DNA from: Camelus dromedarius
Lineage: Eukaryota
Assembly (NCBI RefSeq): GCF_036321535.1
Contig: NC_087447.1
Location: 13,578,001 to 13,642,000 of the forward strand
DNA length: 64,000 nt
Reading direction: 5' to 3'
This document shows, piece after piece, positions 1 to 11,699 of the stretch; position 1 is the stretch's first letter, and every line of letters begins with the position of its first letter. The position numbers and the translations under genes are program-made. The notes below the pieces were generated by a model. It saw only the letters and a list, made by a program, of their open reading frames with translations. It did no database searches and was not told the DNA's origin.

Positions 1-59
1 GGGTGTCTGTGTGTGCTACTTGGAACTTCTTTTAAACAATTTACACTGCAAATAAAAAC

Positions 60-250
60 AGTCTTCTGAATAATCAGAAGACTCCACGGAGAAAATGGAC
101 AGAGAGCTGAATAAAATCAAACATCTCCTCAAGAAATAATGCAGCCTTTTGCCCTCTGCTGTGATACTAGATGACAGAAGAATCCCAGATATCTATGAAT
201 GAGTTAAAAAGTCTCCCTTCAGGTAGTGAACAAGCCTCCACAAGGTAAGA
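60..250 (+). promoter_or_regulatory. Putative 5' non-coding exon and splice donor of the OR at 1505-2422
   Basis: Donor CAAG|GTAAGA at 244/245. The exon and the first ~50 nt of intron align with 18240-18560 on the minus strand, upstream of the paralogous OR4A47-like gene (shared GGAGAAAATGGACAGA, TTTTGCCCTCTG, AG|GTAAGACT, AATAGTRGAAACCAG). Confidence 0.6.
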
Positions 251-1504
251 CTAAAAGTAAATAGTAGAAACCAGTCTTCACAATTGTGTAACTTCATTAT
301 GTAAGAAAGCAAATCATTTCAAAATAAATCAAACTTAGACCCCATTTCTAGTTTGACCTAAAAATGGGTGACCTTGGGGATATTCATGAGATGTTCTGAG
401 CCTCATTGTCTTCTAATATAAAATGAAGATTATTGTTCTTGTTAACATAAATGTTAGATGTGATATATTAAATTGTGAGTGCATGATTGAAACCATTGTA
501 GGAGATGTGAGCAATTGAGTGATATAATCAGAATAAGGTTTAAAGAGAATCATTTGAGCTGTTTCAGGAGAACAAATTGTTGGGGGCCAGAATAAAAGTG
601 GAGACTTGACTGGAGGCTTTGGCAGTGGGCCAGTAAGGAGATGGGAGACAGGGAATGATCAAATTTGTGATAAATTTTGAAAATAGAGATGACAGTATCT
701 GTCAAAGGAATGAATAAGTAATATGACCAACAACAGGGTAAATAACACTGTGAGATTTATTGACTGAGCAATTATAATGGAGGTGGTACAACTTAATGAA
801 ATGGGGAACACCTTTTTTTATTGTGGAAACTTAAAATACTGTTTTGTAAATACTAAACTGATATCCAACAGCAGATGTCCAAAATTGATATGTTCCTTAG
901 ACAAATGTTAAAATTAAGGTAGAGACAGGGGCCAGAGACACAAAATTGAAGTAAAGACCCTCAGAAAGAAGTCTCAGTTCTGAGACAGTTCAAGGCAGTG
1001 ACCTTCTATTCACAGTTTGATCTACTCACACTAAGTACATAAATTAGCTTAAATGGGACTCAGTATTACATGTTTTTGACTTTCTAAATGGTGTGCCTTT
1101 TCTTGGAATTCCCTTCCCATCTTGTCTTGTCCTTTCCCTTTTCTTTAAAACTGAGCTAATCATTGCTTTTTCCAGGAAGTCTTCTCTGATTCCAGGTTGA
1201 CTGATACGTTCCTACTCCACGGGCCTTAGCTTGTGTGAATATCCTTACAATGGCACTTACTACATGAGTCTGGGATTTTCTGATCCCTAGTCTTTGTATA
1301 TCCCTGAAGTCAGGGAACTAGGTCTTATTCAGTTTGGTACTCACAATGTCTATGGCACATTGGACTCAAAAATATACTCCATACAATTTATTTTAATTGA
1401 ATGGGTAAATTAAAAGTTAAATTTATAATGCATTTGAGAGTTTTCCCTATTGTTTTCTAGGTAAACTGCTTCTAATATGTGAAGTCAGCTCCTGTACAGA
1501 CTAG

Positions 1505-2422
1505 AAGAAATCAAGGAACAATGTAACTGAGTTTGTCCCCTTGGGGCTCACTCAGAGCCTCCAGGGTCAGAAAATATTATTTGTTGTGTTCTTGCTCATC
1601 TACATGGTGACAATGGTGGGCAACCTACTCATTGCTGTAACTGTGGTGGTCAGTCCAACCCTGAATTCCCCTATGTACTTCTTTCTTGGCTATTTATCAT
1701 TTACGGATGCTGTTTATTCTACTACAGTCACCCCAAATATGATTATAGACTTACTCTATGAGAAGAAAACCATTTCTTTCCAAGGCTGCATGACCCAGCT
1801 TTTTATAGGGCACTTATTCGGTGGTGCTGAGATTTTACTCCTGGTGGTCATGGCTTATGACCGCTACGTGGCCATCTGCAAACCCTTGCATTATTTGACA
1901 ATCATGAATAAGCGAGTATGTGTTCTGCTGCTGCTGTTGGCTTGGGTTGGTGGGTTTTTACATGCTGTAGGTCAACTTCTCTTTGTTTACAACCTTCTCT
2001 TCTGTGGCCCCAATGTCATTGATCACTTCCTCTGTGACATGTACCCTTTGTTAAAACTTGCCTGCACTGACACCTACATTATTGGCCTCACTGTGGTTGC
2101 CAATGATGGGGCAATGTGTGTGGTCATCTTTATGCTCTTACTCATCTCCTATGGGGTCATCCTGCACTCCCTGAAGAGTCTTAGCCCAGAAGGGAGATGC
2201 AAAGCCTTGTCCACCTGTGGCTCCCACATTACTGTGGTGGTCCTCTTCTTTGTCCCCTGTATCTTTATGTATGTGAGACCTCCTTCTACCTTACCCATTG
2301 ATAAGTCTTTGACTGTGTTTTACACCGTTATCACTCCTATGTTGAACCCTCTAATCTATACTCTGAGAAACGGAGAGATGAAAAATGCCATGAGAAAGCT
2401 CTGGACCAGAAAAAGAAAATGA
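1505..2422 (+). pseudogene. OR4A-type olfactory receptor, open frame but start codon lost (ATG>AAG); probable pseudogene
   Basis: OR motifs present: [44 protein letters not shown]. The leader aligns to the 14813(-) gene: gactag-AAG-AAA-TCA-AGG-AAC-AAT vs gaatag-ATG-GAA-CCA-AGG-AAC-AAT. In-frame TAG at 1502-1504. The ORF track start (TTG 1541) is not a real start. Acceptor ttttctag| at 1460. Confidence 0.85.
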
Positions 2423-3839
2423 GAAATCAGAAAGGTATATCATCTATTTTCAATGAAGAATTGCTCTTTCCAGGTAACCCATGTGTGATTATTTAACTGT
2501 AGTAAATTTCTCCTCAGGTTTGATAAACTTGGGCATGATGAGAACCATTTATTATATGAATACTTCCAATGATCAAAATATACTTTTAAGATTTTCATAA
2601 TTTGCTAGTTCAAAGTATATATTTTGTTTTTAAGTATATTTTTAAGGTTTTCACAATTTCTTAGGAAAATATATTTTGTTTTTGAAGTGTATAATGATTA
2701 TTGAGATTATAGATTTATGTTCTATACGATGAATTAAGCTATTTTAAGACTGTAAATTATTTTAGTTAGTGGAAGATATTCTCATGTTTCTCTTTAATAA
2801 TATAATTTTTCAGAATTATGGGACTCGATACAGATTTCAGAAAAATAAAATAAAAAATAAGACATAAAACTAGGATACTCCTCCCATAGGTAGCCCATAT
2901 TAATATTTGAAGTTTATATCTTATTTTTTGTATCTGCAAGATACTTTACACATATTATTTTATTCCTATTGCTTGTGTTAATGTTGAAGAATAATGATGC
3001 TTCAGAGTTGTAATATTAATCATAAGGAAGTTAAGTATATAAAAATTATCCAAATGAACAAAATGTATATGCAGAAAATAATTAAATCATACTTATTTTC
3101 CCAACTGGGCAATCACATTATCTCCTCAAATGAAGCAGCTTTGTCTGGAGTTATATTTTCATAAAGATGATCCATTAATCTTCGCAGATACTTTAGAATG
3201 TGTGTTCACATCTCTGCTCCTTTTCAATATTCCCATTGCTTTTTTGTTTAAAGTGTTTCATAGCCTTCTGTAGATACCCAAGCTCTGCCTTTCATGTGTG
3301 AATTTAGCATAATCTATAATCCATAAACTAAAAACTTGACACTAATATTTAGGGTATCATTGTTAAGAAAGTTGCTGACAATAAATGCCATTCTTATCTC
3401 TCTTATTAATGAAATATAGTTTACTAGGTAATAAAGAGTCCAGAATATATTGTTTTATTTAACAGATATCATTCATAACATTCTCTCTCTCTCTGAATCA
3501 GACTTGAAAAAAAAATATCTGCCAGAAGCATGTGGTCAAAGAACTTACTATTCTGCCTCCCTTACTTAGTCTGGATTCACCAGGGGCTAAGGCTTTGGGG
3601 CAATCATTGCTTTTCACTGGTGAACCACACTGTATGAGAGATTTTATATCCTGCTGTTTATATTACATGAAGATTTCTTACACCAAAGTCTTATCAAACA
3701 TAACAATATTGACCTAAAATATCAAATATTTGAGTTGATCTGAATTTATATAATTCCTCTGCTTTTGGTTGTTGCTATAAACTGAAAGTTTACATCTCCC
3801 TTCAAATTCTTAAGTTAAATCTTTTTACAATATGGTTTT

Positions 3840-4050
3840 GTATTAATTTTTGTATTGATGCATAGTCTATTTACAATGCTGTGTTAATTTCTGGTGTACA
3901 GCATAATGATTCAGTTGTACATATAGATATTCCTTTTCATATTATTTTTCATTATAGGCAATTACAAAGTATTGAATATAGTTCCCTGTGCTATATAGTA
4001 GAACTTTGTTCCCTATCTATTTTATATATAGCAATTGTTAATTAATTTCT
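3840..4050 (-). mobile_element. Artiodactyl-type L1 3' end fragment (antisense)
   Basis: Typical L1 3'UTR strings such as tttacaatgctgtgttaatttctggtgtacagc and aatatagttccctgtgctatatagtag; homologous to 39030-39225 and 43300-43550. Confidence 0.7.
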
Positions 4051-4559
4051 GCATTTACTCTTACTACTTTCTCATTCTTCATTTTGTTTTTGGTCAGATT
4101 CTTATTTTTATAATCTTCATTCTCTATATTATATTAAATATTTAATGTTGCATAGACTAGCTTTATTCCATTTTATGTGCCTTATCTATAAAATTTTTAG
4201 TGTAATATTTTAATTTTAGAATGAAAATTATAAGTATGATGGAGAATAATAAATTTTAAGAACAGAATTTATGAAAAATGGAATAGTGTTGAATAAACCT
4301 CCAAACTATCCCAAACAAGTTTCTTCCAGTCCTTTCAGATGCAATCACTATACTTTGTTTCCAAGATTCTTCAAGTAATAATCTTTGCAAATTAAGCATT
4401 TTTCATATGTGTGTGTATATTTATGTTTCAGTGTATACATTTTGCTTTTTATCACTCAACCCCCTATAGGTCTTTATGTGCCAGTTTATATAAATGTAAC
4501 TCATTCTAGTTTCTTCATACTGATTAAATTCTTCATAAAGCAGCACTGTAATTGATGTA

Positions 4560-5200
4560 TCTGGTCCTCTTTATATTTTCCCCACTCTTTTTTGATGTTA
4601 AATAATTCTGCAAAAGCATCTTTTTGAAATTTTTTAGTATGAGTTCCTAGAAGTGAATTCCAGTCAATTTCTGTATGTATTTAAAATGTTGATGTTCCTA
4701 TTTATTGCCAAAATGCCATCTATTTGGGCACCTATTTACATGTTAAAAATGATTTTATTCTTTTTCTATGAATTGCTTACTAATCAGTTTTACATGTTCT
4801 ATTTGATTTGGTATGATGGTGATATTTTCTGTACTGATTTGGATGGTGTAGGTGTATCTGTAATATTTATTCTTCCAAATCATGAACATGGGATATCTTT
4901 CCATTTACTTGTGTCTTCAATTTTTTTCATCAATGTCATATATTTTTCAGTGTACAAATTTTCACTTCCTTGGTCAAATTTTTCCTAAATATTTTATTCT
5001 TTTTGATGCTTCTGTAATGGGATTAGTTTCTTAATTTCTTTTTTGGGTAGTTTGATGTTAGTATATGTAACTGCAAACTAATTTTTGTGTGTTGGTATTG
5101 TATCCTGCAAAGTTGAATTTTTTTATTAGTTGTAACTGTTTTGTTGTAGTTTTTTGCATTTTCTATGTGTAATCTCATGTCTACTATATAGTCTGTGAAA
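4560..5200 (-). mobile_element. Old L1 (L1M) ORF2 fragment, antisense
   Basis: attcttccaaatcatgaacatgggatatctttccatttact and following sequence is the reverse complement of a recognisable L1 ORF2 segment. Confidence 0.7.
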
Positions 5201-7123
5201 TAAGATTTTTTGCTCTTAGTATCATGCATTTGAGATTTATGCATATTAATGGATTTATATATAATCCGTTCATTTACTGCTAAGTAGTTTCCCATTTTAT
5301 GAATGTATCACAGTTCATTTAGCTTTTTCTCAATTAAGAGATATTTTGGTTGTTTCCAGGTATTTGAAATTCTGAATAAACTGCTATGAATATTCGCATA
5401 TAGTTTCTGACAGAACAAGGAAACAAACAAGGGAAAATTTAAAATAACTATTTTCAGGACACCAGATATCAGAAACAACTGACAGTGTTCACTAAAAGAT
5501 GGGAAACAAGTTGAGCTCTAAGATCTTTCCACTTTATTAGGCTGGGGAAAGATCTGCCCAGAGAGATTAGAGAGAGGGGGGCTTGGTCCTCACACTGGGC
5601 CAGGAATATTGCCTGCTCTCACCAGCTGAAAACCCTCATGGTTCAGAAAGGCCAGGGCACGGAGTTGAATACTTAGGAAGTGGTGGGTCATGATTAGGCT
5701 TAGACTGAGAACATCTCAAGATCTGCCTCAAAAACCATAATAGCAAGAAAAAAAATCCACAAGAAAACATCTGAAAGAATCAAACTAAATACTAAATACT
5801 GTGCTTAGAATTTTGTGTCTTTGTTAATGTGAGATGTTAATTGAATTGCTTTCTTTATGACACCCTTACTCTTGTTTCATTCTAGTATAAGGGTTATGGG
5901 TGCATAAAATGCATTAGGAATTATGTTAATTCCTCCCCTCTGTGAAAGTGTTTATGTAAGATTGGTGCCGTTTCTTGATTAGTTGGTGTATAGAACTCAA
6001 TGATTCAATCTATATGGGAATGAAGTTTTGTTTTAGAAATGGTGAGATTCTAAAGAATCAATTTATTTATGTATTTAATTATTTCAGCTTTTAATTATTT
6101 TTCTCTGTGTGTTTAGAAAGTTGTGGGGGTTTTATTAATGGCAGTGGTCCACTTTTGGCAAGTATACTGTCATAAATTCCCTTATCATCTTTTGTTAGCT
6201 TTTTAAGATCTATAGAATCTGCAGTGATGACTCTCTCTTTATAGTTGATTCTGATAATCTGTTCTTTCTCTTATTTTTTCTTAATCCATTTTGCTAGGCT
6301 CTTATCAACTTTATTAAACTTTCAAAGAACCAATTCCTGGTCTTAAATATTTTCTTTATTTTCTATTAACTTCTGTTTCAATGACTGCTGTCTTCTATCT
6401 GTTATTTCTTTTCTACAGAGTTCTCTAGGTTTATTTTAATGTTCCTTTTCTAGCTTCTTGAGACAGTAGCTTAGTTCATTCCTTGTAATTTTTCTTGTTT
6501 TCTAATATCTGCATTTAAGCTATAAATTTCTCTCTAAGCACTCCTTTAATTGCATACAGTTGATTTATATATAATAAAATGTATTATACTACATATAATT
6601 TTATATGCATATATAAATTTCATAGATACCTTTCACATACATTTGTATCACCATCTTTGTCTTGAAAATGTACCTTTCAAAATGTTCACGGTTAATTTAG
6701 GTGTATGTTGCTTAATTTGTAATTATTTGGAAACATATTTTTGTCATCAGTTTCTAGTAGAACTACATTATTGTAAAATATTTATGTAACAAATATATGT
6801 ATATATACCTATAATTATTTGTGCTCTATAATTTAAGTCCTTTGAAATGTATTGCAGTTATGTCATGGCCTAGTGTACTGCCTACTTTGATGAGTGCCCC
6901 ATGAGGTATTTGAGATGAACTGAATAGTCCCACAAATGTCTTCTTCCCCTGTTTCCACACTAACACAAATTCTTTCAACTTGCCTGTCTGAAAATATACG
7001 ACAAAGTATGAGAAAACTTTATCTGCATTTGAAAGAGACTTTAAGTGACTTATTCTGAAATTAGCATTCATAATGTTTTGGAAATTTGTTCAGATATCAT
7101 CTTCAAAGGCAGAGTTAAATTTA

Positions 7124-10007
7124 AAAAGATAACCTAGAGGAGATGGACAAGTTTCTGGAAACATACTGTCCACCAAGACTGAATCAAGAAGAAACTGTCC
7201 ACCAAGACTGAATCAAGAAGAAACTGACCACTTGAACAAACCGATCACTAGAAATGAAATCAAAATAGCAATAAAAAACCTCCCTACAAATAAAAGTTCA
7301 GGACCAGACAGCNNNNNNNNNNNNNNNNNNNNNNNNNNNNNNNNNNNNNNNNNNNNNNNNNNNNNNNNNNNNNNNNNNNNNNNNNNNNNNNNNNNNNNNN
7401 NNNNNNNNNNNNNNNNNNNNNNNNNNNNNNNNNNNNNNNNNNNNNNNNNNNNNNNNNNNNNNNNNNNNNNNNNNNNNNNNNNNNNNNNNNNNNNNNNNNN
7501 NNNNNNNNNNNNNNNNNNNNNNNNNNNNNNNNNNNNNNNNNNNNNNNNNNNNNNNNNNNNNNNNNNNNNNNNNNNNNNNNNNNNNNNNNNNNNNNNNNNN
7601 NNNNNNNNNNNNNNNNNNNNNNNNNNNNNNNNNNNNNNNNNNNNNNNNNNNNNNNNNNNNNNNNNNNNNNNNNNNNNNNNNNNNNNNNNNNNNNNNNNNN
7701 NNNNNNNNNNNNNNNNNNNNNNNNNNNNNNNNNNNNNNNNNNNNNNNNNNNNNNGAACATATCTTAACATTGTGAAAGCTATATATGACAAACCTACAGC
7801 CAGCATATTACTCAATGGTGAAAAACTCAAANNNNNNNNNNNNNNNNNNNNNNNNNNNNNNNNNNNNNNNNNNNNNNNNNNNNNNNNNNNNNNNNNNNNN
7901 NNNNNNNNNNNNNNNNNNNNNNNNNNNNNNNNNNNNNNNNNNNNNNNNNNNNNNNNNNNNNNNNNNNNNNNNNNNNCACTATATGCCAACAACATATTGC
8001 TATATATAGAAAACCCTAAAAAGTCTACACAAAAACTACTAGAGCTGATCGGAGAATTCAGCAAGGCAGCAGGTTACAAGACTAACGTTCAAACATCAAT
8101 GGCATTTCTTTACACTAACAATGAAGCAACAGAAAAGGAAAGTAAAGAAGCAATCCCCTTTAAAATAACACCCAAAGTAATAAAATACCTAAAAATAAAC
8201 CTAACCAAGGAGGTGAAAGAATTATACACAGAAAACTATAAACCATTGATGAGGGAAATTAAAGAAGACTTTTAAAAATGGAAAAATATCCCATGCTGTT
8301 GGATTGAAAGAATCAATATTGTTAAAATGTTCACACTGCCCAAGGCAATCTACAGATTTAATGCAATCCCTATCAAATTACCCAGGACATATTTCACAGA
8401 ACTAGAACAAATCATAATAGAATTTATATGGAACCATCAAAGACCTAGAATTGCCAAAGCATTACTGAAGAGAAAGAAAGAGGCTGAGGGATTAACTCTC
8501 CCAGACTTCNNNNNNNNNNNNNNNNNNNNNNNNNNNNNNNNNNNNNNNNNNNNNNNNNNNNNNNNNNNNNNNNNNNNNNNNNNNNNNNNNNNNNNNNNNN
8601 NNNNNNNNNNNNNNNNNNNNNNNNNNNNNNNNNNNNNNNNNNNNNNNNNNNNNNNNNNNTGGAATAAAGACAGTCTCTTCAGCAAATGGTGTTGGGAAAA
8701 CTGGACAGCAGCATGTAAAACAACGACTCTAGAACACTCTCTTACACCATACACAAAAATCAACTCAAACTGGATCAAAGACTTAAACATAAGACAAGAT
8801 ACAATAAAACTCCTAGAGGAAAATATAGGCAAAACATTATCTGACATACATCTCAAAAATTTTCTCCTAGAAGAAAGAAAAGCAAGAATAAACAAATAGG
8901 ACCTAATGAAACTTACAAGCTTCTGCACAGCAAAAGAAACCATAAGTAAAACAAAAAGATAACCTACAGAATGGGAGAAAATCTTTGCAAATGGAACCGA
9001 CAAAGGCTTGAATCTCCAGAATATATAAGCACCTCATACGACTTCATAAGAAACAACCAAACAACCCAATCCAAAGATGAGCAAAAGNNNNNNNNNNNNN
9101 NNNNNNNNNNNNNNNNNNNNNNNNNNNNNNNNNNNNNNNNNNNNNNNNNNNNNNNNNNNNNNNNNNNNNNNNNNNNNNNNNNNNNNNNNNNNNNNNNNNN
9201 NNNNNNNNNNNNNNNNNNNCGGCCATCATTCAAAAATCCACAAATGACAAATGCTGGAGAAGCTGTGGAGAAAGGGGAACCCTCCTACACTGCTGGTGGG
9301 AATGCAGTTTGGTGCAGCCACTATGGAAAACAGTATGGAGATTCCTCAAAAGACTAGGAATAGACTTATCATATGACCCAGGAATCCTGCTCCTGGGCTT
9401 AGATCCAGAAGGAACCCTACTTCAGGANNNNNNNNNNNNNNNNNNNNNNNNNNNNNNNNNNNNNNNNNNNNNNNNNNNNNNNNNNNNNNNNNNNNNNNNN
9501 NNNNNNNNNNNNNNNNNNNNNNNNNNNNNNNNNNNNNNNNNNNNNNNNNNNNNNNNNNNNNNNNNNNNNNNNNNNNNNNNNNNATATGCAGCACCATGGA
9601 TGTTCCTGGAGAATGTCATTCTAAGTGAAGTAAGCCAGAAAGAGAAAGAAAAATAATACATGAGATCACTCATATGTGGAATCTAAGAAAAGAAATAAAT
9701 ACAAAACAGAAACAGGCTCATAGACATAGAATACAAACTTGTGGTTGCCAAGGGGGCGGGGGGTGGGAAGGGACAGACCGGGATTTTAAAATGTAGAATA
9801 GATAAACAAGATTATACTGTGTAGCACAGGGAAATATATACAAGATCTTTGTGGTAGCTCACAGTAAAACAAAAATGTGACAATGAATATATGTATGTTC
9901 ATGTATAACTGAAAAATTGTGCTCTACACTGGAATTTGACACAACATTTTAAAATGACTATTATTCAATAAAAAATGTTAAAAAGAAAGAAAAAAAGAAA
10001 AGGTAAC
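7124..10007 (+). mobile_element. 5'-truncated young (camelid-type) LINE-1: ORF2 RT/C-terminal part, 3'UTR and A-rich tail; inactive
   Basis: ORF2 peptides [59 protein letters not shown]-rich tail ~9968-10001. Candidate TSD aaaagataac (7124-7133) / aaaaggtaac (9998-10007) at a TT|AAAA site. Stops and frameshifts present; five N-runs inside. Confidence 0.95.
7166..7223 (+). repeat. Perfect 29-bp tandem duplication inside L1 ORF2
   Basis: ctgtccaccaagactgaatcaagaagaaa at 7166-7194 and again at 7195-7223. Confidence 0.95.
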
Positions 10008-10009
10008 AT

Positions 10010-10200
10010 TTTACCTGAGATCCAAAAAATGAAGAGAAGCTACCAGGTGAAGCTCTGTTACGTGTGTTAAGCTCCAACATTGGAAAGAGCTCAGCAAGTT
10101 CAAGACGCTGAAAGGTCATTGTGCCTGAAGGGAAATAGAAAAGGGAGTGGACAGAACAGTCTGAGGTCAAAGAGGTGAACAAGACTACAGATCTTGGTAA
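10010..10200 (-). mobile_element. L2 remnant (the target into which the young L1 inserted)
   Basis: aaaaggtaacattttacctgagat...gaagagaagctaccaggtgaag resembles antisense L2 sequence. Confidence 0.45.
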
Positions 10201-10949
10201 AGAATCTGGATTTCACTTAATGCTCCTTTAAGATTAGAGTAAGTAAAGTAAAGCAAGACAAGCAAATTTTTTTAGTTAAGGAAAACACCCAACTCATAAA
10301 TAGACATTTTGCCAAAGTTTACATTGTAAGTGGCAAAGCTGAGATCTGAACTCAGAATTATCTTTTTAAACACTATGCTCTTTACCATCATAAATTTTAT
10401 CACCTATTCCTCAGCAACGTATATATGATACATAAAATCCCAATCAACAAAGCAAAACTGGAAAAAGAGGTTTTTAATTCAAATATCTGTTTAAGATTAT
10501 AATAACAATGAGTTTTCCACAAATAATACAAGAAAAATACATGGTAGACTTTATCTTTTGGAGGAAGAAATAGAAAAATAGAGAACCAGACAAGATGTGC
10601 CAGAGTATTAGAAAGTATCAAAAGAGAAATTGGAAAATAAATACCCTAAAATTCCTATTTTCCCAAAATGTTTATTTTGCTTTGCAATTTCATAGATAGT
10701 GAACTGCATTTTAACAAGAAACCAAACTGGTTCTGACAGTACTTTAACATTCGACCAACAAATTGGCAATAAATACATCTAAATAGGCTATTTTTATAAC
10801 GATGATTTCCTGTTAAGGTCTCCTCAGATTGCCTAATGCCAACATCCACATACCTTTGACAAATAGTGTGCCCTTGGCCCTGAAAATTAGGAATTATCTT
10901 CTTTAACTTGTAACCATTTAAGGGATAAAGTTGTTTTACATTGTTTTCA

Positions 10950-11690
10950 TTATTTCCCTGATGAAGTCATCTTTTGACTTGGAACTTCTCCATCGCATTT
11001 TTAACCTCTGCATTTCTGAGGGTATAATAGAGTTTAACACAAAATTTAGCACAGTATAAAATATAGCCATGGCTTAATTAATTGAAAAGGTAATAATTTG
11101 AGGCAGATACATACATATACAAGATACAAAGAATAAAATGACCAGAGTAATGTGAGAGACCCAGGTGGAGAGGGCTTTGCACCTACCATCCAAACTATTA
11201 GATTTCAAACTGTATAGGGCCATGATTTAGGAGGCCATCAAAAGGAGTAAGTTTAACAGGAAGATGACCCCTTTGTTGGTAGCAACAAAGAGACCAAAAG
11301 TATGAGTGTCCATGTTGATAAGTTCCAACAGAGTTCATGGCACACACAAAGTGATCCATGTCACTGGGGCCAAAACAGGGCAGCCCAACTGTGAAGAGGA
11401 TTTAAACTGCTGGATGGATAAGTCTTCAGCCCCAGTGACTCCCAGAGATGACCACATCTCTTTCAGCTTTTGGTGGTCAGGTAGTACAGGTGGACACATA
11501 GTAGTCACAGGTCGTACCCATCAGCAGAATGATCTCAGCAGCACCAAAGGATGTTCAGCAAAGTTTTAAGTCACGCACTTCCTAAAAGATGGTTTTTCTT
11601 ACAGCAAGAGTGTCAGGACCTTGAAGGGGTCAGGGAAGAAGAATAGCCGCTATCTATGAGGAATAAGTAACCCAGAAAGAATACGTAAAG
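10950..11690 (-). pseudogene. Decayed, 5'-truncated OR4C-type pseudogene (paralog of the 22978-23889 locus)
   Basis: Minus-strand translation gives FGAAEIILLMGTTCDYYVSTC, MDTHTFGLFVA, KALSTWVSHIT and [14 protein letters not shown], with stops and indels. Nucleotides align with 22960-23725. Similarity stops near the PMYFF region, where an L1ME-like remnant begins. Confidence 0.9.
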
Positions 11691-11699
11691 CATTACCGC

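Noticed and set aside
195-1516. Rescue of the start-less OR by splicing the 195-244 uORF exon to an AG at 1514-1515 (would give MNELKSLPSGSEQAST-RNNVTEF in frame)
   Set aside because: The frame works, but that AG has a purine-rich context with several upstream AGs, and the strong acceptor at 1460 gives an immediate stop. Unlikely without transcript evidence.
7213-9673. Long X-containing ORFs on both strands
   Set aside because: Artefacts of N-runs hiding stops. Only the plus-strand L1 ORF2 pieces are meaningful, and the element is truncated and mutated.
11306-11569. Plus-strand 87-aa ORF, with similar ORFs at 23317-23652, 44115-44465 and 56586-56861
   Set aside because: These are antisense shadows of OR coding sequence. 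They resemble each other only because the OR strands are homologous; this one actually marks the hidden pseudogene.
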